A stretch of 64,000 nt of DNA from Thermoanaerobaculia bacterium (GCA_963719225.1 CAVRAY010000001.1:320001-384000), one strand, 5' to 3'; positions 49,236-58,962 are shown, numbered from the stretch's first letter. A program made the numbers and translations. Notes: generated by a model not told the origin, from the letters alone.

Positions 49236-50059
49236 ATGTCAGAAACGAACCTGAAGGACATCGTGAAGGAGAAATACGGCGAGGCCGCCAAGCGCGCGTC
49301 GACGGGCGGCAGCGCTTGCTGTGGAGGGGCTTCCGCGATCGCCGGGGCGAAGGATCCCATCACGTCGAATCTCTACGGCGCCAACGAGACGCTCGGCCTT
49401 CCCTCCGCGGCGGTCTCGGCTTCTCTCGGCTGCGGCAATCCGACGGCGCTCGCCGAGCTCCATGAAGGCGAAACGGTCCTCGACCTCGGCTCGGGCGGCG
49501 GCATCGACGTCCTGCTGTCGTCGCGGCGCGTCGGACCCGCGGGGAAGGTCTACGGCCTCGACATGACGGACGAGATGCTCGCGCTCGCGCGGGAGAACCA
49601 GGGGGGCGCGCGCGTCACGAACGTGGAGTTCCTGAAGGGCGAGCTCGAGAACATTCCCCTTCCCGACGGGAGCGTCGACGTCATCATCTCGAACTGCGTC
49701 ATCAACCTCTCGGCCGACAAGGACCGCGCCCTGTCCGAGGCGTTCCGCGTCCTGAGGCCGGGCGGCCGGTTCGCGGTCTCCGACGTCGTCGTACGCGGCG
49801 CGGTCCCCGTGGAGGTGCGCCGCGAGCGTCGAGCTCTGGATCGGCTGCCTCGCCGGCGCACTCGAGGAGAAGGAGTTCGACGCCAAGCTGACGAAGGCCG
49901 GATTCGACCGGCGTCGAGATCGTCCCGACGCGCGTCTACGACGTCGACGACGCGCGCGACTTCCTCGCGGCGGCCGGAATCGATGCGGACGCGCTCGCTC
50001 CCCAGGTGGACGGGAAGTTCATGAGCGCGTTCGTGAGGGCCACGAAGCCGGCTGCCTGA
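49236..50059 (+). CDS. arsM: Arsenite methyltransferase with two apparent +1 insertions (~49822, ~49908)
   Basis: SACCG, SLGCGNP, LDLGSGGG, SNCVINL; other frames give LWIGCLAGAL and SAFVRATKP; length 824 = 3n+2. Confidence 0.9.
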
Positions 50060-50068
50060 GGCCGAGCC

Positions 50069-51136
50069 ATGGGAACCTTCGAGCGCTTCCTCTCGCTCTG
50101 GGTCGCCCTCTGCATGGCGGCGGGCGTCGCGCTGGGCACGCTGTTTCCGGGCGCAGTTGCCGCGCTGCGCGGGCTGGAGCTCGGCGAGGGAAGCCACGTG
50201 AACGCGGCGATCATGGTCCTGATCTGGCTCATGGTCGCGCCGATGATGGCGAGGATCGACTTTCCGGCCATTCGCAACATCGGGCGGGAGCCGCGCGGGC
50301 TCGCCGTCACGCTCTTCGTGAACTGGCTCGTGAAGCCGTTTTCGATGGCCTTCCTCGCCTGGCTCTTCTTCCGGCACGCCTTTGCCGCGTGGATCGCCCC
50401 CGCGGTGGCGGATCAGTACATCGCCGGAACGATCATTCTCGCCGCAGCGCCCTGCACGGCGATGGTCTTCGTCTGGAGCGCGCTCACGCGCGGCGACCCG
50501 GCGTACACCCTCGTCCAGGTGGCCCTGAACGACCTCGTGATGCTCGTGCTGTTCGTCCCGATCGTGCGCTTCCTCGTGCGCGGGGCGTCTTCTCTCGAAG
50601 TCCCGATGCGCGTGCTCGTCACGTCCGTCGTCGCGTTTCTCGTCGTCCCGCTCGCCGTCGGAATCGTGTTACGTGCGTGGGCCATCGCGCGGCGCGGAAA
50701 GGTCTGGCTCGAAGGCACGCTGCTGCCCCGGCTCGCGCCGGTCACGGTCGCCGCGCTCCTCCTGACGCTCGTCGCCATCTTCGCGTTCCAGGCGGACAAC
50801 GTGCTGGGGAAGCCTCTTCACGTCGTCCTCATCGCGGTTCCCATCCTGCTGCAGGTCTACTTCAACTCGGCCCTCGCCTACGGTCTCATGAAGGCGGCCG
50901 GCGTCAGGCATGCGATCGCGGCCCCGGGCGCGCTCATCGGCGCAAGCAACTTCTTCGAGCTCGCCGTGGCCACCTCGATCGCGCTTTTCGGGCCCGAGTC
51001 GGGAGCCGCTCTCGCAACCACCGTCGGTGTTCTCGTCGAGGTGCCCGTCATGCTCTCCGTCTGCGCCGCGTGCAACCGCACGCGCGCCTGGTTTCCGGCT
51101 CCCGGCATGGCCCATGCGGCCGGAGGCCCCCTGTGA
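50069..51136 (+). CDS. acr3: ACR3 family arsenite efflux transporter
   Basis: FERFLSLWV, NWLVKPF, APCTAMVFVW, ASNFFELA, VLVEVPVML. Confidence 0.96.
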   Translation: MGTFERFLSLWVALCMAAGVALGTLFPGAVAALRGLELGEGSHVNAAIMVLIWLMVAPMMARIDFPAIRNIGREPRGLAVTLFVNWLVKPFSMAFLAWLFFRHAFAAWIAPAVADQYIAGTIILAAAPCTAMVFVWSALTRGDPAYTLVQVALNDLVMLVLFVPIVRFLVRGASSLEVPMRVLVTSVVAFLVVPLAVGIVLRAWAIARRGKVWLEGTLLPRLAPVTVAALLLTLVAIFAFQADNVLGKPLHVVLIAVPILLQVYFNSALAYGLMKAAGVRHAIAAPGALIGASNFFELAVATSIALFGPESGAALATTVGVLVEVPVMLSVCAACNRTRAWFPAPGMAHAAGGPL

Positions 51137-51543
51137 AAGCCCGAGGACTCCTCTTCCTGTGCGTCGCGAACTCGGCTCGAAGCCAGATCGCCGAGGGACT
51201 CGCCCGCGCGCGCTTCGGGGACGCGGTGCGCGTCCAGAGCGCCGGCTCGGACGCCGCGGGCGTGAACCCGCTCGCGGTGAAGGTCCTGGCGGAGCTCGGC
51301 ATCGACATCTCCTCACAGGCCTCCAAGACCGTCGATACGATCGATCCCGCGACCGTCGACACGGTCGTCACCCTCTGCGCCGAGGAGGTCTGCCCGGTCT
51401 TCCTCTCGAAGGCGCGGCACCTCCACTGGCCTCTTCCGGACCCGACGGCCGGAGGCGGAACGGAGGAGGAGCAGCTGGAGCGTTTCCGCCGGACGCGGGA
51501 CGAGTTGAAGCTCCGAATCGACTCGTTCGCGATTCTTACTTGA
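51133..51543 (+). CDS. arsC: Thioredoxin-type (LMW-PTP fold) arsenate reductase
   Basis: LFLCVANSARSQ, TLC...CP, HWPLPDP, FRRTRDE. Confidence 0.93.
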   Translation: MKARGLLFLCVANSARSQIAEGLARARFGDAVRVQSAGSDAAGVNPLAVKVLAELGIDISSQASKTVDTIDPATVDTVVTLCAEEVCPVFLSKARHLHWPLPDPTAGGGTEEEQLERFRRTRDELKLRIDSFAILT

Positions 51544-52622
51544 CGATCTGATAGACGAGCGCGCGAGGAGCCCGCCACCGGCAGCGTGACGAGCCACGCG
51601 AGGAGCATCTCGCGGACGGTCCGCCACTGGATCCGGCTCTCCTTCGACTCGGCCCCGATCCCGATGATCGCCCCCGAGGACACGTGCGTCGTCGAGACGG
51701 GAAGCGCCCAGAAGGAAGCGGCGCTCACGAGCGCGCGAGGTCGTGAGGTTCGCGAGGAGGCCGTCGTCGTGGCCGATGCGTGTGACCTTTCGCGCGAGCG
51801 TCTCCGTCACGCGGAAGCCCCCGAGGAAGCTGCCGAGGCTCATCGCCACGGCGACGAGCGCGTAGAACCCGAACGCGCGAGATGCCGAAACCGGCCGTCG
51901 CCGCGATGCCGAGAGCGAGGATCTTCGGCGTGTCGTTGAGCCCGCGGAAGAAGCTCGTCGCACCCGCCGAAGTCCAGTGCAGCGAGTCGAGGAGCGCCCA
52001 CGCGCACAAGCGTCTCGGGCGGGCAGTCGGATGAGGCGACGAGGTCCAGCGTGGGGAGGGGAGACGCGAACGCCACGCCGGCCGCCGCGGGAACGGGCTC
52101 CCGCCGCTCGACGCAGACGCAGAACCGGTGCGCGCGGCGAAAGACGGGGAGAACGGCGGGCGCGAGGAGCAGCACGATCGCGGCGGAGATCACGGGCGAG
52201 AGCGCGAGCGGCAGCGCAACCTTCTTCGCGACCGCCGCCCAGGCGACGCCCGGGGCGCCCGACGCGGCGAGACCGGCGCCGCAGAGGGCGCCCGGCAAGC
52301 GCATGCGTCGTCGAGACGGGAAGCCCCGTGCGGGTCGCGAAGAGAAGCCACCCGATCGCGCCGCAGGCGACCGAAAGGAGAAGAGCGTTGCCGCTTCCGG
52401 CGGATTCACGAGGAGCCCCTTGCCGCTGAAGGTCGCGACGAGTCCCTGAGAGAAGAATGCGGCCACGAGTCCTCCCGCGAGCGTCCACGCCGTGCCCCAC
52501 GCGACCGCGGTCCGGTACCTGGTCGTTCCCGAGCCGACGAGCGTTGCGATGCCCTTCGACACGTCGTTCGCGCCGTTCGCGAACGCGAGGCCGAGCGTCA
52601 GGAGAACGAGGACGACGCCCAT
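51536..52622 (-). CDS. PiT-family inorganic anion transporter, multiple frameshifts
   Basis: FANGAND, GLPVSTTH, RGLNDTPKI, LPVSTTHVSSG motifs spread over three frames; TGATG coupling with the upstream gene. Confidence 0.8.
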
Positions 52623-55120
52623 CAACAGCAGCTCGTCCCGTCGGCGCCCGGCGCGCAGCACGCGTAACCGGCGCGCTCTTCACCCGGCTCGAGGATCGCG
52701 AAGAAGCCCTGGTACGGGGGATGCGAGAGCTTCGCGACGGTGTCGGTGCAGATTTCGTAAGGCTCGTTGCGCGGGAACTGGTGACCCTCCTCGTCGACGA
52801 AGGCCTTGCCAGGCCCGAGGTAGACGGCGCGATGGCCCTGGAAGACGCAGCCTGAGGTCTTCTCGAACTTGAAGCCCCGTACCGTGACGGAGAAGAAGGG
52901 ATATCCCTCGACGTCCTTCCAGTAGCTCTTTTTCAGGATCTCGAGGCCGTAGAACCCGGCGCGTTCGAGGCCGGCGAGGAAGCCCTCCTGCGTGAGCGCG
53001 CCTACGAGGCACTCGCCCCACAGCCGCGGGTTCGTCTTGAGGTGCGGCGGCACGTCCTCTTCCGAGACGATGTCCGAGATCACGATGCGCCCGTGATCCT
53101 TCAGGACACGCCAGATCTCCTCGAAGACGCGCGGCTTGTCGGGCGAGAGGTTCACGACGCAGTTCGAGGTGACGAGGTCGACGGTTTTCGATTCCACGGG
53201 GATCTTCTCGAGGAACCCTTCGCGGAACTCGACGACGTCGTATCCGAGCGCCGCGGCCACGATCGGCTTGTTCTCGTGCGCGACCGCCAGCATCCGGTCC
53301 GTCATGTCGACGCCGATGGCCTTCCCCGTTCCTCCGACGAACTTCGCCGCGATGAAGACGTCGATGCCCGCCCCCGAGCCGAGGTCGACGACGGTCTCGC
53401 CTTCCCGGATTCCGGCGGTCGTCATGGGCGAGCCGCACCCGTAGAAGCGGTCGATCACGTCCTTGGGGATGTGGGAAACCGCCGCGTCGTCGTATTTCGT
53501 CGGGCAGCACAGCTCGGGCTGCGGCGTCTCGGCCGCGGCGCCGTAGAACTCGCGCATCTTCGCGCGCGGCTTGTCGACGTCGAACGAGAGGACGCAGTTG
53601 GAATGAAGCGTCAGCACCGCCTTCTCGGCGAGCGTTCCGTCGGCGGTTCCGCAGGCGATCGCGCCTTCTCCCATCGCATGGAGGACGAGCGGCGCGTCGT
53701 ATCCGGAACGCACGTTCCGCCGTCCTCTCTTCTCGCGGCCGAGGTCGGTCATGACCCTCTTCGTGAGCGCGACGGAGATCGGGTAGTAGGGATCGTCGCC
53801 GAGGAAGTCTCCGCCGGAGAAGCACCACGCGTGCTCGAGATCCCCGCCGCCCGTGAAGAAGCGGAAGGGATCGCCGTTCATCGACGGCTTCCGGGCGAGC
53901 GTGGCGGCCCGAAGCGTCCTGACGATCGGCGACGTTTCGAGGACCTCGCGAAGATCCTGCCGCGAGACGTCGCCGCAGACGAGCGCCGGCTCGTTCGCGA
54001 GGGCCGCGGTCGGGTAGACCTTGCCGTCCGCGTACACGCAGATCGAGTCCCAGCCGGCGTTTCCGAGGTCGTACTTGACGCCCGGGACGCCGTTCACGCG
54101 GCGCTTGATCGCCTCGAGGTTGTCGAGCGTGGTTCCCTCGCGTGCCGCGGCATCCGCGACGGCGAGAACTGCCTTGAGGAGAAGGACGTTCTCCGGAAAG
54201 AAGCCGTTTCCGCTCTCGAGCGCACGGCCGCGCCGGTGGCTCCACATGAGGTGCTGGCTCTTCGCGCCGACGCGCTTGACGAGGGCGGGGATCTCGACGA
54301 GCTCGGAGAGGTTCTCCTCGGTCGTGACCGTCGTCAGGGAGACGTCGAAGCCCATGTCCGCGAGGAGCTTCGCGCCGTCGAGAGCCTTCACGAACGTGCC
54401 GCCTCCGCGGATCGGGTCGTTCGTCTCCGGGCGCGCGCCGTCGAGGGAGACCTGGAACTTCACGCGGGAACGATCGAGCGATTCGAGGCCATTCTTCACG
54501 GCGCCCACGAAGACGGTCGCGTTCGTGAGGACGATCATCTCGGCCCCGTGGGTCTCGGTGGCGCGCTTCGCGAGATCGAAGAGATCCTTCCTCAGGAACG
54601 GCTCCCCGCCCGTGACGTAGAGGCGTTCCATCCCGAGCTCGGCCGCGCGGTCGACGAGCTTCGCGAGGGCGGCGGGATCGATGCCCGGCGCGCCGCCGGG
54701 CCCCGACGAGACGAGGCAGTGCGTGCAGGTGAGGTTGCAGGCGTTGTTGATCTGCAGCCACAGCTCCCGAAGTCCCGACGGCTCGATGAGAGCGGCGCGG
54801 CCGGGGTATGGCGCCCGGGCGAACGGGGCGTCGTGCAGCATGCCCGCGCGGTCGAGGGCGCGGAGGAAGCCGTGGACGTGGACCCATGCCTTCCCCGCCT
54901 CGAGCTGGTGATCCGCGGCCCAGCGCGCGACGCAGGTTCCGAACGCGAGAGGCGCGCCGGCCTCCTCCGCGGTCCGAATCGCGCTGAGCAGCTCTCCGCC
55001 GCGCGCGTCGACGGCGATCCAGTTCGGCGCCTCGGGGTCGACGGCATAGAGGACGTCGTCCTCGGTGAACGTGTGGAACGCGGGCAAGTGGAGCGGAGTC
55101 CGCTCCGCGAGAACGGTCAT
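52622..55120 (-). CDS. Radical SAM-ArsM-type methyltransferase fusion
   Basis: CNLTCTHC, TGGEP, LTN, SLDG; then LCCP, YGCGSP, DLGSGAG, SNCVVNL, WGECLVGA, C-terminal SCC; GGAGG RBS. Confidence 0.92.
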   Translation of the reverse strand: MTVLAERTPLHLPAFHTFTEDDVLYAVDPEAPNWIAVDARGGELLSAIRTAEEAGAPLAFGTCVARWAADHQLEAGKAWVHVHGFLRALDRAGMLHDAPFARAPYPGRAALIEPSGLRELWLQINNACNLTCTHCLVSSGPGGAPGIDPAALAKLVDRAAELGMERLYVTGGEPFLRKDLFDLAKRATETHGAEMIVLTNATVFVGAVKNGLESLDRSRVKFQVSLDGARPETNDPIRGGGTFVKALDGAKLLADMGFDVSLTTVTTEENLSELVEIPALVKRVGAKSQHLMWSHRRGRALESGNGFFPENVLLLKAVLAVADAAAREGTTLDNLEAIKRRVNGVPGVKYDLGNAGWDSICVYADGKVYPTAALANEPALVCGDVSRQDLREVLETSPIVRTLRAATLARKPSMNGDPFRFFTGGGDLEHAWCFSGGDFLGDDPYYPISVALTKRVMTDLGREKRGRRNVRSGYDAPLVLHAMGEGAIACGTADGTLAEKAVLTLHSNCVLSFDVDKPRAKMREFYGAAAETPQPELCCPTKYDDAAVSHIPKDVIDRFYGCGSPMTTAGIREGETVVDLGSGAGIDVFIAAKFVGGTGKAIGVDMTDRMLAVAHENKPIVAAALGYDVVEFREGFLEKIPVESKTVDLVTSNCVVNLSPDKPRVFEEIWRVLKDHGRIVISDIVSEEDVPPHLKTNPRLWGECLVGALTQEGFLAGLERAGFYGLEILKKSYWKDVEGYPFFSVTVRGFKFEKTSGCVFQGHRAVYLGPGKAFVDEEGHQFPRNEPYEICTDTVAKLSHPPYQGFFAILEPGEERAGYACCAPGADGTSCC

Positions 55121-55169
55121 CGCCAACCTCCTGGAACTTCGCGGGGGTTTCTCGTGCGGGAGAGGGGCT

Positions 55170-55862
55170 TCAGGCGGCGGCCGGGGCGGGAGGGGCGCGC
55201 GCGGGCGCGACCGGGCGGAACCCGTGGGTGAACGCCGGACGGACGCGCGCGGGAGGGGCGGGGACGGGACGAAGCGAAACGAGGAGCGTCGCGAGCGCGG
55301 GATCCAGGTCCGGCCCCGACGCGAGCACCGCGAGGTCGGACGGGCGATCCACGTCGAGGAGCGGGTCCAGCAGGGCCGCGCCGGGCGCGTTGCGGAGGAG
55401 AGCCCAAAAGACGCCCGCCGTCCGCCACGGCACTTCTTGGAAGAGTCCCGAAAGGTCGGTTGCCGCGCGCGACCCGATCAGCCAGACGCCGCCGTCCGGG
55501 GACGGGCCGAGCACGATCTCCCGCGTTTCGAGCGCGAGGAAGGCGGCGGCCAGCTGCGCTTCGCAAAGGCCGGGGACGTCTCCCGGCACCGCGACGATCT
55601 CCGAGTAGCCGCGCGCGCGCGCGTCCTGGAAGGCGTTCTTCAGGCGTTCGCCGAATCCGCGGCCGCGCTGCGGCAGGACGCTCGCCCGTTCGTGCGAGAG
55701 GCCTTCACCCGCGACGACCAGGTCGACTCCGAGAGTCCGCGTCACGTCGGACACGCGCCGCATCGAGAACGCGAAGAGCCGGCCGCCGCCCGGCATTCTC
55801 TTCATCGCCCCTTCGCGGAGAGGGGACCTCGAAAACAGCAGGACGCACCGGGATGGGCTCAC
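55170..55862 (-). CDS. DUF2064/TIGR04282-like (CofC-fold) transferase
   Basis: QRGRGFGERL, PGDVP, VLGPSPDGGVWLIG, FQEVPW, LLDVD. Confidence 0.85.
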   Translation of the reverse strand: MSPSRCVLLFSRSPLREGAMKRMPGGGRLFAFSMRRVSDVTRTLGVDLVVAGEGLSHERASVLPQRGRGFGERLKNAFQDARARGYSEIVAVPGDVPGLCEAQLAAAFLALETREIVLGPSPDGGVWLIGSRAATDLSGLFQEVPWRTAGVFWALLRNAPGAALLDPLLDVDRPSDLAVLASGPDLDPALATLLVSLRPVPAPPARVRPAFTHGFRPVAPARAPPAPAAA

Positions 55863-55984
55863 GTGTCTGACTTCTGAATGCTAATACGACCCTCCCGCAT
55901 TCCCCGGATCATGTGGACGGGATCTCCGTCGCGGGGGGGCGGGCCTCCCTCAGCCCTACGGCTCTCTGATTTTTCCGCGGATTC

Positions 55985-56012
55985 TGAAACCTTTTCGGAC
56001 CGATTGCGTCTT
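55985..56012 (+). promoter_or_regulatory. ECF-sigma-type promoter
   Basis: TGAAAC-N16-CGTC upstream of 56063. Confidence 0.5.
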
Positions 56013-56062
56013 CTTTCTTGAAGCGAGGCCCCCGGGGGCGGAAAAAGGTGAACGAGGGAATC

Positions 56063-56341
56063 ATGGAAACGGCCGCAGAACTTCACGAGGCGAGAGTCCT
56101 CAGGGCGCGAATCGAGATGAAAGAGGCCGAAATGGCGGCCCTCGACGGAAGCGTTCCGCCGGACGAACGCGCGCGGCGCGCCGAGGAGATGGGGAACGAG
56201 ATCTCGCACATGAAAGAGGACTACCGGCGGGTCCTCGCGCGCCAGGCCGACGAGGACTATTCCCGCCGCCGCGCCGAGTGGCGTGCCCAGCAGGGCCGTC
56301 GCGCGTCCTGCCGCCGCTCCGGCACGAGCGCCTGCGCCTGA
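56063..56341 (+). CDS. Hypothetical coiled-coil protein (92 aa)
   Basis: GAGG RBS, helical charged composition. Confidence 0.65.
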   Translation: METAAELHEARVLRARIEMKEAEMAALDGSVPPDERARRAEEMGNEISHMKEDYRRVLARQADEDYSRRRAEWRAQQGRRASCRRSGTSACA

Positions 56342-56347
56342 ACCAGG

Positions 56348-56806
56348 CTACTTCTTCGAGACCTCGAAGCTGATCTTGATCGTCCTGGCGATCTTGTAAT
56401 CGTTCGTGAACATCTTCACGAACATCGAGTTCGTGTCGTCGATCTTTCCCTTGTCGAGCGTCGCCGTCCGGTCGTTCTCGCCGAACGGCTTGCCGCCCTT
56501 GCCGCCCGGGATCGTGACGACGTACTTGCACTTGTAGTCCTTGTCACGGTCCCGGTTCGAGTAGCGGAACTCCACGACCATCGTGTGCTTGTCGTTCAGG
56601 TCCTTCTGGGCCTTCTGGAAGTCGTCGGAGTCGGGCCAATGCCGGATGCGGAAGGACTCGATCGTCACGTCTCCGACCTTGATCCCGATCTTGATGTCCT
56701 TGTCGCCTTCGAAGGGAAAGGTGCGGTCGAATTTTCCCGACTGGGCGAAAGCGGAAAAGCACGCGAGCAGCGCGGCCGCGAGAGCGGCAAAGCGAAGCCG
56801 TTTCAT
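56348..56806 (-). CDS. Secreted hypothetical protein (paralog of 15501..15974)
   Basis: GGAGG RBS, signal peptide, FRYSNRD and RTATLDK..DDT. Confidence 0.85.
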   Translation of the reverse strand: MKRLRFAALAAALLACFSAFAQSGKFDRTFPFEGDKDIKIGIKVGDVTIESFRIRHWPDSDDFQKAQKDLNDKHTMVVEFRYSNRDRDKDYKCKYVVTIPGGKGGKPFGENDRTATLDKGKIDDTNSMFVKMFTNDYKIARTIKISFEVSKK

Positions 56807-56831
56807 ACAGGAACCTCCATTCCCGCGAATC

Positions 56832-57743
56832 TTAGCTCCCGCCGCCGAGGGACTCGTAGACCGTGAGGAGGGCCTGCGTGCCGTCCTCGGCGCGGCCGCC
56901 GGCCTCGAGCGCCGCGAGGAGCTGATGAACGAGCGCGGTGCCCGGAAGAGGAATGCCCCGCGCCCGGGCGCTCCTCAGGACGATCGCGAGGTCCTTCTGC
57001 TGGTGCTTGACCGCGAAGGCCGGCTTGAAGTCACGGTCGATCATCTTCTTTCCGAGCACCTCGAGCGCCCACGAGTTCGCCGCCCCCGAGGTGAGCGCTT
57101 CGTGAAGGGACGCCAGCGGAAGGCCGGCTTTCGCGGCGAACGCGAGCGCTTCCGAGACTCCCATGAGGTTGTTCGCCACGAGAATCTGGTTCGCCGCCTT
57201 GCCGAGCTGGCCCGCTCCCGAAGGCCCGAGGGGCGTGAGCCGGCGGCCCATCGCCTGGAAGACCGGCCGCGCTCTCTCGAGCGCCGCGGCGTCTCCGCCG
57301 ATGAAGAACGTGAGAGTTCCCTCGATCGCCCCCTTCTGCCCGCCCGACACGGGCGCGTCCAGGAACGCGAGGCCCTTCTCTTCGAGTCGCGCCGCGATCG
57401 CGCGCGCGGCCTCGGCGGCGATCGTCGAGCAGTCGACGACGATCGTGCCCTTCCGCGCGCCCTCGACCGTGCCGTCCGTGCCGAGATGGACGTCCTCGAC
57501 CTCGGGCGCGTCCGGGACGCACGAGACCACGACGTCGGCGCCTCGGGCGGCGGCGGCCGGCGTCGCCGCCGCACGCGCGTCGCATCCCTCCGTCGAGAGA
57601 GCGCGCGCGAACGCCTCCGCCTTGCCGGGAGTCCGCGTCGCGACGGCAAGGGGGAAGCCCGCCTTCGCGATGTTCCTGGCCATGCCCTGACCCATCGTGC
57701 CGAGTCCGATGAAGGCGACGCGCGTCGAGGAAGGTTCGCTCAT
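56832..57743 (-). CDS. NAD(P)-dependent beta-hydroxyacid dehydrogenase (GarR/MmsB family)
   Basis: FIGLGTMG, DAPVSGG, GQLGKAANQ, KDL. Confidence 0.93.
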   Translation of the reverse strand: MSEPSSTRVAFIGLGTMGQGMARNIAKAGFPLAVATRTPGKAEAFARALSTEGCDARAAATPAAAARGADVVVSCVPDAPEVEDVHLGTDGTVEGARKGTIVVDCSTIAAEAARAIAARLEEKGLAFLDAPVSGGQKGAIEGTLTFFIGGDAAALERARPVFQAMGRRLTPLGPSGAGQLGKAANQILVANNLMGVSEALAFAAKAGLPLASLHEALTSGAANSWALEVLGKKMIDRDFKPAFAVKHQQKDLAIVLRSARARGIPLPGTALVHQLLAALEAGGRAEDGTQALLTVYESLGGGS

Positions 57744-57779
57744 GGTGGAAGCGAGTTTAGTTCCTGCTACCATTCCATC

Positions 57780-58364
57780 GTGAAACCGGGAGTCGACGCG
57801 ACTCTCGCGGCCGGGGCGGCCGCGGTCCTTGCCGCCGTGTCGCTCTCCCACCTTCCCGTCGCGCGATTCCTGCACTACCTCTCGTTCACGGGAGACGTGG
57901 ACCTCGGCCGGCTCGCGTGGTTCGCGCCCGCGGCGATCCTCGGCGCTTTCCTCTTCGAGCGCGTGGTGCGGGGCACTTTCTACGGCTGGCTCCGAACGAG
58001 GCTGCCGGCCGGGATGGCCGCGCCCGTCGTCGCCGCGATCGGCGCGGTTCCCGTCGCGGGGCTGCGCCTTTGGCTCGCTCCGCGTTTTGCGGCTCCCCCC
58101 TTCCTCGCGATCACGCACGCGTATCTCGTCGCGTTCACGCTCGGCCTGGGCCTGACCTTGCTCGCGCTCGGCACGGGCGCGACGTGGCCCGGCGGCGCCG
58201 CTCTCGCGTTAATCTGGCTCGTGAAGGGGACGCTGCCCGTCGCCTTTCACGGGCGCCCGGTCCCCGTTCTCGAGCTCGTGGCCGCGGCCCTCGGCGCCGT
58301 TGCCGTGGCTCTGGTCCTGATGAAACCGCTCGCCCCTCACCGCGACGCGCTGTGGGGTGCATGA
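57780..58364 (+). CDS. Membrane protein, possibly a degenerate CAAX/Abi-like fold
   Basis: About 6 TM segments, FERVVRG pattern; GTG after TACCAT. Confidence 0.65.
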   Translation: MKPGVDATLAAGAAAVLAAVSLSHLPVARFLHYLSFTGDVDLGRLAWFAPAAILGAFLFERVVRGTFYGWLRTRLPAGMAAPVVAAIGAVPVAGLRLWLAPRFAAPPFLAITHAYLVAFTLGLGLTLLALGTGATWPGGAALALIWLVKGTLPVAFHGRPVPVLELVAAALGAVAVALVLMKPLAPHRDALWGA

Positions 58365-58392
58365 GAGAGGAGATAAGAGTGGAGGTGTCCAC

Positions 58393-58962
58393 ATGAGCGC
58401 GGTTGCGTCGCGTCTCAGGCAGCTCGACCTCTTCCTCGAGGAGCCGCCGTCCTCCGCCGAGCTTGGCGCCGAAGAGGTGGCGCTCCAGGCCCGTTACGAC
58501 GCCCTGGCCGATTCCTGGAGCCTTCCGCGGGCGCACGTGATTCTCTCGACGCGGCGCGCGACCGGCGGCGTTATCACCTACGGCCCGCCGCACGTGATCC
58601 GCATCTCGAGCCACATGTCCTCGGAGGACCGCCTCCAGACGCTGCTGCACGAGACGGCGCACGCGATCTGCTTCGCGCGCTGGGGCGTCGCGGAAGGCCA
58701 TTCGCCGCGCTTCTGGTCCCTCGCGAAAAAGCTCGGCGTCGTACGAAAGGTCGCGCCGGAGACCGAGCGCCTGCGCCGCGTGCGCGAGGCGAACGCGCGT
58801 TACGCGTACCGTTGCCCGGGGTGCACGGCCGAATGGACACGCCGCACTCCCTTCGGGCGTGCGCGCCTCTGCGCGTCCTGCGAGCGCGCGGGACGCCCGG
58901 CACGCCTCATTCTCGTCCGCCGCCCGAAGCCGGCGCGCCGGCGGGCGGCGCGCTCGCGCTGA
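58393..58962 (+). CDS. SprT-like zinc metalloprotease
   Basis: TLLHETAH, HSPRF, YRCPGC...CASC zinc ribbon. Confidence 0.88.
   Translation: MSAVASRLRQLDLFLEEPPSSAELGAEEVALQARYDALADSWSLPRAHVILSTRRATGGVITYGPPHVIRISSHMSSEDRLQTLLHETAHAICFARWGVAEGHSPRFWSLAKKLGVVRKVAPETERLRRVREANARYAYRCPGCTAEWTRRTPFGRARLCASCERAGRPARLILVRRPKPARRRAARSR

Noticed and set aside
52622-52624. TGA after terminal Cys-Cys as possible selenocysteine
   Set aside because: TGA overlaps the ATG of the PiT gene (TGATG coupling); no convincing SECIS seen
48772-55862. ars island as an annotated mobile element
   Set aside because: No transposase, integrase or terminal repeats seen; only a local AT-rich patch around arsR
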